DNA from: an uncultured Gammaproteobacteria bacterium
Lineage (GTDB): Bacteria > Patescibacteriota > Patescibacteriia > Magasanikbacterales > UBA922
NCBI GenBank assembly: GCA_964571295.1
Contig: CAZNAO010000001.1
Location: 3,749 to 67,748 of the forward strand
Reading direction: 5' to 3'
DNA length: 64,000 nt
In this document: positions 26,239-36,092 of the stretch, piece by piece
Numbering within the stretch: position 1 is the first letter of the stretch
Layout: every line of letters begins with the position of its first letter
Program-made: the position numbers and the translations under genes
Notes under the pieces: generated by a model
The model's input: only the letters and a program-made list of their open reading frames with translations
The model's database searches: none
Told to the model about the DNA's origin: nothing

Positions 26239-27540
26239 TTAATGTTTATGCTCAGGGCGCCCGGTCAAGACTTTTTCTTTCAAAAATTCAATCACCTTAC
26301 GATTCACCATATAGGTTCTGACTGAATCCTGCACTTCTGCCTTCGTCAGATTCTCCAGATACTCCGGATGATCCTTATATTCTTTTCGCATTCGCTCAAT
26401 TTCGGCCTTCAATTCATCTTCTCCGACCGTAAGATTTTCGTTCTTTGCAATCTGGCGAGAGATGAGCGCTGCCTTTGCACGCTTGGTTGCTTGCTCAGTG
26501 AAGTCTTTCTGAATATCTTCTTCGCTTTTCTTCAAGTCCGCAAGATATTGTTCGATCGATACTCCATTGCGCTCAAGGTCACGCTGCAATTCATAGAACA
26601 TTTTCTTTCGTTCTGCATCGACCAAGACCTCAGGAATTTCTTCAAATTTCGATTTGTCGATAAGCGCGTCAAACATTTCGATTTCTGCCACTTCATCCGC
26701 TTTGTGGAATGCTTCATGTTCAAGATTGTGCTGGAGAAGTTCCCGGAGTTTTGCCACACTATCTTGCCCGACCGTTTTTGCAAACTCGTCAGTTATATCA
26801 GGAAATTGTCGTTCGTATACCTCCTTTACTTTTACCTTGAATGTTCCTTCTTTTCCTGCAAGGGTTTTGTTGTAATAGTCTTTGGGAAACGGAACCGTGA
26901 ATTCTTTTTCTTCCTCTTTTGACACTCCGACCAAATGATCATTGAATCCTGGAATATGCTGATTTTCAGAGAGATACACCTGATAATCTTTTGCTTGTCC
27001 GCCTTCGATCGGTACGTTATCGACGAATAGATTCATGTCGATCACCACTTTATCTTCTTTGGTAGATTTTCCAGCCTTTACCACTTCTTTCGCCTGCATT
27101 TTGGTGAGGTTGGTAATCACGTCATCAATATCAGTCTCAGTCACCGGTTTTGCCTTATGTTCAACTTTGATTTTGTCGAGTTTCGGAAGAGTTACGGCAG
27201 GAAGCAGTGAAACCACGGCTTTGTATACGAGGTCATTGCCCGGAGCCATTTTTTCCATGTTGATTTTCGGCATGCCGATCGTTTCAAGCCCTTCCTCGGT
27301 TACCGCCTTGTAGAAGGTTTCCTGGAGAATACCCTCAAGCGCTTCATTCATGATATGCATTTCGCCGATCTCACGTTTAACGATATCGTAAGGTGCGTGC
27401 CCTTTGCGGAAACCCTTGATCGCCGTGCGATTTGCAATCGCTTCAGCCGCTTTTTTCAGATGTTTTTCGTATTCAGCGGGAGTGACGGTAATTGTCAACT
27501 CCATCTCAGAACCTTTGAGTTTTTTACTAGTATGTTCCAT
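26239..27540 (-). CDS. tig: trigger factor
   Basis: Ribosome-binding motif IKGFRKGHAP near the N-terminus, an FKBP-like middle region, and a 433-aa length. Confidence 0.85.
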   Translation of the reverse strand: MEHTSKKLKGSEMELTITVTPAEYEKHLKKAAEAIANRTAIKGFRKGHAPYDIVKREIGEMHIMNEALEGILQETFYKAVTEEGLETIGMPKINMEKMAPGNDLVYKAVVSLLPAVTLPKLDKIKVEHKAKPVTETDIDDVITNLTKMQAKEVVKAGKSTKEDKVVIDMNLFVDNVPIEGGQAKDYQVYLSENQHIPGFNDHLVGVSKEEEKEFTVPFPKDYYNKTLAGKEGTFKVKVKEVYERQFPDITDEFAKTVGQDSVAKLRELLQHNLEHEAFHKADEVAEIEMFDALIDKSKFEEIPEVLVDAERKKMFYELQRDLERNGVSIEQYLADLKKSEEDIQKDFTEQATKRAKAALISRQIAKNENLTVGEDELKAEIERMRKEYKDHPEYLENLTKAEVQDSVRTYMVNRKVIEFLKEKVLTGRPEHKH

Positions 27541-27662
27541 AGAAAAAGTTTAGCCTATAAAAGTCTGCTGATTATAGCGAAAATGGGTGAAATTGTCAAA
27601 GGTAAAAAATCCCTATAAAAAAACAATTGACCCTGCTATACTACCCCCAACCTATTACTTCT

Positions 27663-30359
27663 ATGCCCAAAACCACCAAAACAGCCGTTATTATCGATGG
27701 GAACGCTATAATACATCGTGCCTATCACGCCCTTCCTCCACTTACGGCCCCAGACGGTACTCTCGTAAATGCCGTCTACGGATTTGCTTCCATGCTCTTG
27801 AAAGTCATTGCCGACCTTAAGCCAGAATATATCTTGGTTACCTTTGATGTCGCAGGTGGTAGTTTCCGTGATGAAATTTACACTGAATACAAGGCTACTC
27901 GGGTCAAGGCTGACCAGACGCTCTATGACCAGATCCCGCTGGTACATCAGCTAGTTGAAGCATTTAATATTCCGATATTTACCAAAACCGGTTTTGAGGC
28001 AGATGACCTGATAGGAACACTTGCAAAAAAAATTACAAAGACACATACAGACATTACCTGCATTGTCGTGACAGGAGACAAAGATTTACTCCAGCTCGTT
28101 GACGATAACAAAGTTGAAGTATATTTGCTGAAAAAAGGTATGTCTGATTTTGAATTATTCAATGAGACACATGTAACAGAAGTTTTTGCGTTTTCTCCCA
28201 AACAACTGATCGATTACAAAGCGCTTCGAGGGGATACTTCTGATAATATTCCCGGAGTCAAAGGAATTGGAGAAAAAACCGCAACTGACTTGATTGTGAA
28301 ATTCTCTTCACTTGAAGGAGTGTATGAAGCACTCAAAAAAGAAAACCCAGGAATTACCGCAAGTGTGGCAAAAAAATTAACTGAAGGACACGACAATGCA
28401 ATCATGAGTAAAAAACTCGCAACGATTGACACACAGGTTCCTGATATTTCTTATTCACTCGACCAAATTCACACAGAAACCTTCAGTCGAGAAAAAGTAA
28501 TTGAAATTTTTAAAAAGTTTGGTTTTTATTCTCTCGTAAAACGAGTTGCCGGAGCGGCAGAAGTTGCGGAAGAAAAAACAGATGGGAAAAAATCACAGAA
28601 AAGCAAAAAAGAAAAGAAAATTAAAATTCCTGAGGTTATTACCCTTGATACCAAAAATATTGCGGAATTTAATGAGCTTATTACAAAGCACAAAGTTATC
28701 GCATGTCGCCCGTGTTTTCAAAAAGAGAACGGAAATATTTTGACCTCGCTTTGTGACGGAATTATATGTGTAGTCCACAAAACCGCGTGGATGATTCCGA
28801 CTTCATTACTTCTAAAAACCGTAATTAATTCAAAGGATGTTATTGTTGTGGGGCATGATGTAAAACAGTTTGTAAAGTTTTACACACATAGTGGCGTTGA
28901 ATTTAAGGCACGTTTATTCGATGTCATGATTGCATCATATCTCCTCAATTCCAGCACTCGTGCACATGACATGGAATCCATTGCGATTCGGGAGCTGGGT
29001 GTTGAGCTACCCAATAATGATCAATCATCTCTCTTTGGAATTGATCCGAAACTCATTGCTAATGAGCTCATGGTCATGCTGCAAGTGCATGGAAAATATG
29101 AAGAACAGTTGACTACCAATGGTGAAAAAGGATTGTTTGATGACGTGGAAATGGCGCTTATTCCTGTACTCGCACACATGGAATTAACAGGGGTTGAAAT
29201 CGACATACCGTTACTCAATAGACTCTCAGAAAAAATTGCAAAAACGATCAAAGAACTTGAACAAAAAATCTGGGAAGAGGCGGGAAAAGAATTCAATGTA
29301 TCGTCTTCAAGCCAGCTTCGAGATATTTTGTTTGACACACTGCAATTACCAACTGAAATGATCAAGAAAGGGAAAACGGGATATTCAACCGCAGCGAGCG
29401 AGCTTGAAAAACTACGAGAAACTCATGCAATTATTCCCTATATTGAAGAATATCGAGAAGTGGAAAAACTCCGAAATACCTATATCGATGTATTACCCAC
29501 ACTTATTAATCCAAAGACTGGTAGAATTCATACTACATTTAATCAAGCAATTGCCGCAACCGGTCGGCTCTCAAGTATTGATCCTAATTTACAAAATATT
29601 CCTATTCGCACCGAGCTTGGTAAAGATGTGCGAAAAGCTTTTATTGCTAAAAAAGGAAACAAGCTTATCTCAGCTGATTATTCTCAAATTGAACTTCGTA
29701 TTGTCGCGTCTCTTGCTGAAGACAAACGTATGATTGAAATTTTCAACAATGGTGAGGACATTCATACGGCAACTGCCGCAGCAATCCACAATATTCCACT
29801 TGAAAAAGTTACCAAAGACATTCGTAGATCAGCAAAAGAAGTTAACTTTGGTGTGTTATATGGTATGGGAGCATTCGGACTATCTTCTCGAACCGGTATT
29901 AGTCAGTGGGAAGCAAAAGAGTTTATCAAAAAATATTTTGAAGCGTTCTCAGGAGTAAAAAACTATCTTGACAGAACACTTGAGAGAGCGAAAGAAACGG
30001 GATATGTAGAAACACTGTTCGGACGTAAGCGCTATATACCCGAACTCAACTCTCCCAATCGTCAGATTGTTGCGGCTGGAGAACGTATGGCAATTAACAT
30101 GCCGATCCAGGGAACAGCAGCTGATCTCATGAAGATGGCCATGATTGCAGTGTATCACGCCCTGAAACAAGAAAAACTTCTTGGTACTCATGTGTGGATG
30201 ACCCTGCAAATTCACGATGAACTGGTTCTTGAGGTAGAAGAAAAATACGCAAAACAAGTTGCACACATTGTCAAAGAACAAATGGAAGTCATTGCCACAC
30301 TCAAAGTACCTATTGAAGTTGGAGTAGAAATTGGAGACCGATGGGGAGACATGAAGTGA
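27663..30359 (+). CDS. polA: DNA polymerase I
   Basis: The track ORF begins at a TTG (27627); the ATG at 27663 gives MPKTTKTAVIIDGNAIIHRAYHA (5'-3' exonuclease). Pol A motifs RRSAKEVNFGVLYGMGAFGLS and LQIHDELVLEV near the C-terminus. Confidence 0.9.
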   Translation: MPKTTKTAVIIDGNAIIHRAYHALPPLTAPDGTLVNAVYGFASMLLKVIADLKPEYILVTFDVAGGSFRDEIYTEYKATRVKADQTLYDQIPLVHQLVEAFNIPIFTKTGFEADDLIGTLAKKITKTHTDITCIVVTGDKDLLQLVDDNKVEVYLLKKGMSDFELFNETHVTEVFAFSPKQLIDYKALRGDTSDNIPGVKGIGEKTATDLIVKFSSLEGVYEALKKENPGITASVAKKLTEGHDNAIMSKKLATIDTQVPDISYSLDQIHTETFSREKVIEIFKKFGFYSLVKRVAGAAEVAEEKTDGKKSQKSKKEKKIKIPEVITLDTKNIAEFNELITKHKVIACRPCFQKENGNILTSLCDGIICVVHKTAWMIPTSLLLKTVINSKDVIVVGHDVKQFVKFYTHSGVEFKARLFDVMIASYLLNSSTRAHDMESIAIRELGVELPNNDQSSLFGIDPKLIANELMVMLQVHGKYEEQLTTNGEKGLFDDVEMALIPVLAHMELTGVEIDIPLLNRLSEKIAKTIKELEQKIWEEAGKEFNVSSSSQLRDILFDTLQLPTEMIKKGKTGYSTAASELEKLRETHAIIPYIEEYREVEKLRNTYIDVLPTLINPKTGRIHTTFNQAIAATGRLSSIDPNLQNIPIRTELGKDVRKAFIAKKGNKLISADYSQIELRIVASLAEDKRMIEIFNNGEDIHTATAAAIHNIPLEKVTKDIRRSAKEVNFGVLYGMGAFGLSSRTGISQWEAKEFIKKYFEAFSGVKNYLDRTLERAKETGYVETLFGRKRYIPELNSPNRQIVAAGERMAINMPIQGTAADLMKMAMIAVYHALKQEKLLGTHVWMTLQIHDELVLEVEEKYAKQVAHIVKEQMEVIATLKVPIEVGVEIGDRWGDMK

Positions 30360-30494
30360 TCGCTCGTCAGTCTGGTGCAAATTTTGACCTCAAAAAAATA
30401 CGCGAGTTCGTTCGCGTATTTTTTGTATTTTTGATGAAGACCGGGAATACCTGCGGAAGCTCGTGCTTCTACAGGCATCCCGGCGGCAGATGAT

Positions 30495-30935
30495 CTATGC
30501 CACGGCCATGGCGTACTTCCGTACGATGTTCTGGAAGAACGTTTCCCCATACCGGTCGTCGACTTCGATCACCGCGACTGCGAGCCCTGCGAGCTCGCTT
30601 TGCTCCTTTTCCCGACCGTACCGGTCGAGTTGTCTGAAGTTGGTCACCACCTTGACCCCTCCACGTCCGCTTCGTCTGCCGACGATCCAGTCGAGAAGGA
30701 AACGCGAATCTGCTCTGGTGCACCATTCTCCCACTTCGGAAACGAGGACGTAGACCACGTCTGCGGCGACCAGATCATTCGGTTCGATACTCCGGTACAG
30801 TGGGGCAAGCACTTCGTCGCCCCACGGATCCCGAGTCTTACCTCCGAGTGAGTTGACCACCAGTTTGTGGTTGTGTCTGTTGTAGACCTTGCGCCCGACC
30901 GGAACTTCCGGCACAGGACCGAACGTAATGATCAT
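30495..30935 (-). CDS. hypothetical protein (high-GC island)
   Basis: Longest ORF in a G+C-rich block (about 30360-30950); ATG at 30935 (MIITFGPVPEV...). No family recognised; strand choice is tentative. Confidence 0.35.
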   Translation of the reverse strand: MIITFGPVPEVPVGRKVYNRHNHKLVVNSLGGKTRDPWGDEVLAPLYRSIEPNDLVAADVVYVLVSEVGEWCTRADSRFLLDWIVGRRSGRGGVKVVTNFRQLDRYGREKEQSELAGLAVAVIEVDDRYGETFFQNIVRKYAMAVA

Positions 30936-31098
30936 CTCAAACAAAGTTTTATCCCTTTGCCGACATCGATGCTGCGGAAGCTACCTGCGTGTCCGGGATG
31001 TGTTCCCCCGAACCAACCCGTATCCACAAACATGATACCAGCCTATGCCCGCTCCTCCTTTATCGCGGACTGTATTGTGACTATAACATATTTTAGTT

Positions 31099-31170
31099 GG
31101 AAGTCATAAAGTCCATAACATCGAAAGAAAATCCAAATTACAATAAAGTCCTCGGTTTCCCAAGGACTTT
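31099..31170. repeat. intergenic motif cluster (GGAAGTCATAAAGTCCATAACATCGAAAG) plus a perfect hairpin AAAGTCCT-10 nt-AGGACTTT
   Basis: Read directly; related to the motifs at 10612-10685 and 12634-12694. Confidence 0.6.
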
Positions 31171-31192
31171 GTGACTGTTACTCGTACAGATG

Positions 31193-32446
31193 CTACAGAT
31201 GTTTGATATTCGATTTTTGATTCTTTTCTATCAAAATAAAATGCCCAAATCCGAAGCTGTGCACCGTCCAATCAATCATGATTCGAAGCTTACGCAATAC
31301 CCCTGGCATATACATGAGATATACCGTGCGGCGTAACCACCACGCAAACCAACCATAGAAGGTAAAGGAATTGAATATTGCAACTCCATACCAATCCCCA
31401 ACCGGCATGAGTTGCCCTTTTGATTTGAACACGAATTTCTCATAACTTCTTCCGGCAAGTGTCGCCGCAAGATGACGCCCGACATAGTGTCCGGCTTTGT
31501 GCGCCGCCTCTGCCAACTGTACGTACGGTTTTCCGGTAACCCCGTCCAATGCACACGCAATGTCACCGATCGCATAACATGACTCCTGGCCAGTCACCCG
31601 CAAATATTCATCCACTTTGATCCTACCTCGATCACAGCGCTCTTTGCCGACTAACTCTTCCCCCAGATTTGCAAATCCCGCGGACCACACCGTGATATCG
31701 CTTTCTAGTCTCTCGCCATTTTTCAGAACCACCGCATCTTTTGTGACTTCGATAACCGAAGTATTAAATCTGAATTCCACACCAAGTTTTTCTAGACGTT
31801 CATGGACATGCTTCTGTACCCCAGGCTTGAGAGAACCTAAAATAGTTGAGTTCGGTTCGATCACCCGAACAATCAGTTTCTTATGCGGATAGAGTTTTTT
31901 CAAATCACCGTTTTTGAGCATGCCATATTGCCCTGCGATTTCGACCCCCACGAATCCACCTCCTACGATCGTGATTATGCATTCTTCTTTCTCGTCATGC
32001 TCCATCTCTTCGACTAGTGCATATTTGAGATCGAGCGCGTCTTCAAGTGTGCGTACCTGATGCGTGTATTCCCGAGCACCTGGCACTCCATAAAAATTCA
32101 CCTCACTCCCAAGTGCGATAATACAATACTTGAATTCAATAATTCCGCGCGATGTACGTACTTGCTTTTTCTCATGATCAACACGTTCAACCGAAGCATT
32201 GATGAAGGTGTGGGGTGTATTGTACACCAGTTCACGAAGTGGAATTGAGGCGTGCGTTGGTTCTACTGAACCCGTTGCAACTTCATGTAACAGTGGAATA
32301 AACGTGAAATAATTATTTTGATCCACAATCGTAATATGCGCGTCCACTGCCACCTGTTTGAGTTGTTTCTTCAGTGTTCGGTATGCTTCATACCCACCGA
32401 TTCCGGCACCCAGGATCACAATATCTGTTTTGAACGATTCATGCAT
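31193..32446 (-). CDS. ndh: type II NADH dehydrogenase (NDH-2) / FAD-dependent pyridine nucleotide-disulfide oxidoreductase
   Basis: ATG at 32446 gives MHESFKTDIVILGAGIGGYEA (FAD Rossmann motif). A second GxGxxG is at IVGGGFVGVEIAG. The track start at 32491 is GTG. Confidence 0.8.
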   Translation of the reverse strand: MHESFKTDIVILGAGIGGYEAYRTLKKQLKQVAVDAHITIVDQNNYFTFIPLLHEVATGSVEPTHASIPLRELVYNTPHTFINASVERVDHEKKQVRTSRGIIEFKYCIIALGSEVNFYGVPGAREYTHQVRTLEDALDLKYALVEEMEHDEKEECIITIVGGGFVGVEIAGQYGMLKNGDLKKLYPHKKLIVRVIEPNSTILGSLKPGVQKHVHERLEKLGVEFRFNTSVIEVTKDAVVLKNGERLESDITVWSAGFANLGEELVGKERCDRGRIKVDEYLRVTGQESCYAIGDIACALDGVTGKPYVQLAEAAHKAGHYVGRHLAATLAGRSYEKFVFKSKGQLMPVGDWYGVAIFNSFTFYGWFAWWLRRTVYLMYMPGVLRKLRIMIDWTVHSFGFGHFILIEKNQKSNIKHL

Positions 32447-32568
32447 AGATGAGTTCCTAAAAATAACGTTTTCAATTATAGCAACGTGCACGGCCTGTGA
32501 CCAGAGGGGTGCACATGTATACTACACCAAACCAAAGTCCGCTCTTTCAAGCGGACTTTTAGGTATGG

Positions 32569-33039
32569 TTATGTTTTTTTCTCTTCTTCATGATCACAAT
32601 CACATTCACATGTGTTACTTTCACTACACCCCCATCCGCACACATTTGCTTTCTTTCCCACGACCGAACATTTTCCTGGACCAGTCGTATGAAGGGCAAG
32701 TAGGGCACCGAGAAGCACGATAGGAAGCTCGGTTGCGCCGCCATACGGCATCTTGGTATGCACTGCGAGAAGTGCTACCACCATATCGATTGCGAGAAGT
32801 GCCGTTACGATCCGATTGAAGAGTCCTGCGATAATCGCGATACCGCCGACAAATTCAAGAAGTGCCACGAGCCAAGCCCAAAAAGCCGGTATCGGCAGAC
32901 CGATTCCTTGCATCATCCCCACGGTCATGTCCATACTCGTCAATTTCATCCAGCCATGATAGACAAAGACCACTCCAACCGCCACACGAAGTGCCAATAA
33001 TCCCCAATTAGCACACTTATTTGAAGCATTCCAATTCAT
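32569..33039 (-). CDS. DoxX-family membrane protein with a Cys-rich C-terminal tail
   Basis: DoxX-like TM pattern (LRVAVGVVFVYHGWMKL...) plus the tail CSVVGKKANVCGWGCSESNTCECDCDHEEEKK. Confidence 0.65.
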   Translation of the reverse strand: MNWNASNKCANWGLLALRVAVGVVFVYHGWMKLTSMDMTVGMMQGIGLPIPAFWAWLVALLEFVGGIAIIAGLFNRIVTALLAIDMVVALLAVHTKMPYGGATELPIVLLGALLALHTTGPGKCSVVGKKANVCGWGCSESNTCECDCDHEEEKKT

Positions 33040-33123
33040 ACTATCAGATACATATTAAAAATAATTCCTATGCATCATCAGTGTATATGATTACCTGTTT
33101 TATTTCAAGTTTGCGGCATAGTA

Positions 33124-33537
33124 CTATTTACGCACAAGAAGTTGATCGAGTTTTTTCTGAATTTCTTCAATTTCACCCTGAATTTCTTCAATTTCATGCT
33201 CAGCTTTTCGATTGATTGCTAGATCGTATTTTGCCTGTATACGATCTCGATTATTCTGACGATTCTGGCTCATCATAATAATCGGCGCCTGCATTGCAGC
33301 AAGACAGGATAATGCCAGATTGAGTAAAATAAACGGATACTCATCCCACCTGAGCCACAGTGCAAATACATTCAGAAGAATCCACAACAATAAAAAAAAG
33401 CTGAAGCTGATGATAAATTTCCAACTCCCCAAAAATTCAGTCATCACATCTGCGGCACGCTCGCCTATCGTCCTTCTCTTCCTTTTGATAAGTTCATAAT
33501 GGCGCTCAATATCTTTTTGCTCTTCAGGGGTATGCAT
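33124..33537 (-). CDS. DUF1003-family membrane protein
   Basis: LGSWKFIISFSFFLLLWILLN...EYPFILLNLALSCLAAMQAPIIMMSQNRQ matches the DUF1003 pattern. Contains an in-frame 21-nt tandem duplication (EIEEIQG x2, about 33160-33200). Confidence 0.7.
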   Translation of the reverse strand: MHTPEEQKDIERHYELIKRKRRTIGERAADVMTEFLGSWKFIISFSFFLLLWILLNVFALWLRWDEYPFILLNLALSCLAAMQAPIIMMSQNRQNNRDRIQAKYDLAINRKAEHEIEEIQGEIEEIQKKLDQLLVRK

Positions 33538-33629
33538 ATACCAAAAAATAAAAATATGCACGTAGTATATCATTTCAATTGAAAAATTGAATAACCGATA
33601 AAAACGCGGTACAATGCTACCCGCACGAT

Positions 33630-34622
33630 TTGTACCAATATCATACTATGCTTATCTTTCTTTACGGAAAAGACACCTTTCGCAGTCGCGAGTCACTGCA
33701 TAAAATGATTACCAAATTTAAAGCCGACCGTGATCCTGCGGGCTATAACGTAGTCCGACTTGACGCACTTACTGACAAACCCGGGGCTATTTTGACGGAA
33801 TTGCACGGCACACCATTTCTTGCCGAGAAACGCATGGTGATTATCGAGCATGCGGTAGAATCAAAACACTCGGAATTGCACGAAAAAATAACCGCGATGC
33901 TTGATAATGATAGCGCAATTCCCTCAACCACAATCTGTGTACTATTCGAACGCATTGATACACACAAGGCAAAAACTCAAAAAGAACTATTGAAAAAACT
34001 GAGCAAAACCAAATATGCGCAGCGCTTTGACATTCTCGAAGGCGCTGAGTTGAAAAATTGGATCACGGAATATGCAGACCAGCACTCACTCAATCTTGAT
34101 CGCACGAGTCTTGAGTATATTATGCTCCACTCGAGAGGTGATACCTGGTTCCTACACTCACTCATCGAACAGCTTGCGCAGTATTCTGCTGGAACACCCT
34201 GTACTCTTGCAACTGTAAGGCTCTTTCTTGATGAAACCGCTGACGATAACATCTTTAATCTTATCGATGCGATTGTAGCCAAAAAACCAGAGCGAGCATA
34301 CGCCATGATCCGCGAACAATACGAAAAAGGTGAGGACGCGCACTATATCTTTGCCATGCTCATCCGGCAATTCCGTATCATGCTTGAACTGAAGGATATA
34401 CTTGCGAGACAACCAGCAACACCTCCCGACAACCTCGCACAATCGCTCGGACTCCATCCGTTTGTGGTCAAAAAAACGATACCATTACTCCGCTCACACT
34501 CTCTTACATCCCTGAAGGATTTTTATGAGCAATTACTCACTATCGACTATGAAACAAAGACCGGCAAGGGATCCATGCCGGTCGCAATTGATGTGTTGGT
34601 TGGAAGAATTTGTATTACCTAG
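33630..34622 (+). CDS. holA: DNA polymerase III delta subunit
   Basis: N-terminus LIFLYGKDTFRSRESL..., a central region, and C-terminal helical domain typical of HolA. Start ambiguous (33630 or 33648). Confidence 0.65.
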   Translation: MYQYHTMLIFLYGKDTFRSRESLHKMITKFKADRDPAGYNVVRLDALTDKPGAILTELHGTPFLAEKRMVIIEHAVESKHSELHEKITAMLDNDSAIPSTTICVLFERIDTHKAKTQKELLKKLSKTKYAQRFDILEGAELKNWITEYADQHSLNLDRTSLEYIMLHSRGDTWFLHSLIEQLAQYSAGTPCTLATVRLFLDETADDNIFNLIDAIVAKKPERAYAMIREQYEKGEDAHYIFAMLIRQFRIMLELKDILARQPATPPDNLAQSLGLHPFVVKKTIPLLRSHSLTSLKDFYEQLLTIDYETKTGKGSMPVAIDVLVGRICIT

Positions 34623-34624
34623 CC

Positions 34625-35695
34625 CTATTCGATACCACGATCTTTCAAGATCTGTTGCATTTCACCTCTCTGTATCATTCTCGTTATCTCCGCCATTTGT
34701 GGGATTGATAGTTCTGCTTCAAATTCCCGCTTCAGTCCTCTGACCTTATTGGAAATTTGCCACTCTTCTTCCGGATATTCTGCTTTTACTTCTTCTATCT
34801 TCTCGTATGCAACAACACGCTTCGATGAATCAACTTTTGTACCTCTCATCTGCAGTAAGATATCAAGTGATTTCGATACTTCGGCCGCCTGATCAGCACG
34901 GTCTCGTGCGGTCGCAAAATCTACTGCTCCCACATCTTCCACTCTCACTTCTACAAATCCGGTACTGACCTCCTGCCTGCCCGCAATCGGGCGATCAGGA
35001 TCATCCTGAGCACGTGTCAGAATTCGTTCCACAATTTCATGAGCTTTCCCATTCTCCGCATGAACTTTTAACAAGATTCCAAATTCATCACCACTATAGT
35101 GCGCAATCGCATCTTCGGGACGAGGAGCTTTGAGAAGTGATATTCCGAATGACCGAAGCACCTTGTCGCCGGTTTCATGACCAAGCATGTCATTTATCTT
35201 CTTAAACCCATCAAGATCGAGGGATGCCAATATCAATTTTTCTTCCTTGCTCATTCTCTCCAACAAGCTTCCAAATGCATCGCCCATGTTTTTTCTCGTC
35301 TTTAGTTCAGGAATGAGCCGGTCCTCCTTATCCGGACTATTACTATTGGTAATTGCACTTTCAACCAAATTCTTCAGCATTTCCACTTTTGCTGAATAGA
35401 GCGACCCTTTTGCATCTGACACGTCATATCCTTGATCTCCGTGCTTCTCTTTGGCAATAGTACGAAGTCCACGCACAATCGCTCGCTCAAACTGTATTTT
35501 GATATTTGCAACCACTTCGGGCTTGAGTTTTGTTGCCGCTTCGGCAAAAATTCTTTCCACTGTTTCCTGCAATTTTTCCGAACCGACAATTTTTTCATCC
35601 ACAAAAATTTTAGTTTTCCCCTCAACCACCCGGTTTCCACTGCGCGGTTTTTTCTCTGCAGCATCTTCCGGAGGGCGCGGTCCACGTTCTCCCAT
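34625..35695 (-). CDS. GGDEF-domain protein (diguanylate cyclase-like, SGDEF variant)
   Basis: C-terminal LASLDLDGFKKINDMLGHETGD...IAHYSGDEFGILL. The N-terminal half has no recognisable domain. Confidence 0.7.
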   Translation of the reverse strand: MGERGPRPPEDAAEKKPRSGNRVVEGKTKIFVDEKIVGSEKLQETVERIFAEAATKLKPEVVANIKIQFERAIVRGLRTIAKEKHGDQGYDVSDAKGSLYSAKVEMLKNLVESAITNSNSPDKEDRLIPELKTRKNMGDAFGSLLERMSKEEKLILASLDLDGFKKINDMLGHETGDKVLRSFGISLLKAPRPEDAIAHYSGDEFGILLKVHAENGKAHEIVERILTRAQDDPDRPIAGRQEVSTGFVEVRVEDVGAVDFATARDRADQAAEVSKSLDILLQMRGTKVDSSKRVVAYEKIEEVKAEYPEEEWQISNKVRGLKREFEAELSIPQMAEITRMIQRGEMQQILKDRGIE

Positions 35696-35717
35696 ATATT
35701 TTAAGATAAAAAATAAA

Positions 35718-35740
35718 CCCCGTACCAGAACGGTACGGGG
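35718..35740. terminator. terminator hairpin after rpsT
   Basis: CCCCGTACC-agaac-GGTACGGGG, a perfect 9-bp stem. Confidence 0.55.
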
Positions 35741-35752
35741 AGTATATTTCTT

Positions 35753-36022
35753 TTACGCTTTCTTTACAAGTTTATGTGCTTTCGCAGTCATGCGTGAGAG
35801 GTATCGTGATGCGGTGTTCTGCTTCAAGACTCCCTTCTTTACTGCTTTATCAAGTTTTTTCTGTGCAATCTTAATTTTCTCGGTTACGTCAGTTGCCCCT
35901 TTTTCGACTGCGGTTCGCGCATTCTTCAAGGCTTCTTTGTACGCTTTCTTGAAAACTAGGTTTTCAGCTTCGCGTCGTTTTGACTGGCGAAGTGCTTTCT
36001 TCGCATTTCTCAAAATTGGCAT
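35753..36022 (-). CDS. rpsT: 30S ribosomal protein S20
   Basis: MPILRNAKKALRQSKRREAEN... basic helical protein matching bS20. Confidence 0.85.
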   Translation of the reverse strand: MPILRNAKKALRQSKRREAENLVFKKAYKEALKNARTAVEKGATDVTEKIKIAQKKLDKAVKKGVLKQNTASRYLSRMTAKAHKLVKKA

Positions 36023-36092
36023 AGTCTACAAGGTAATACTTCGGATTTTTTAAATAAACTGTGAGAGTGGGGAAAGTATAGCTTAACCCAGC

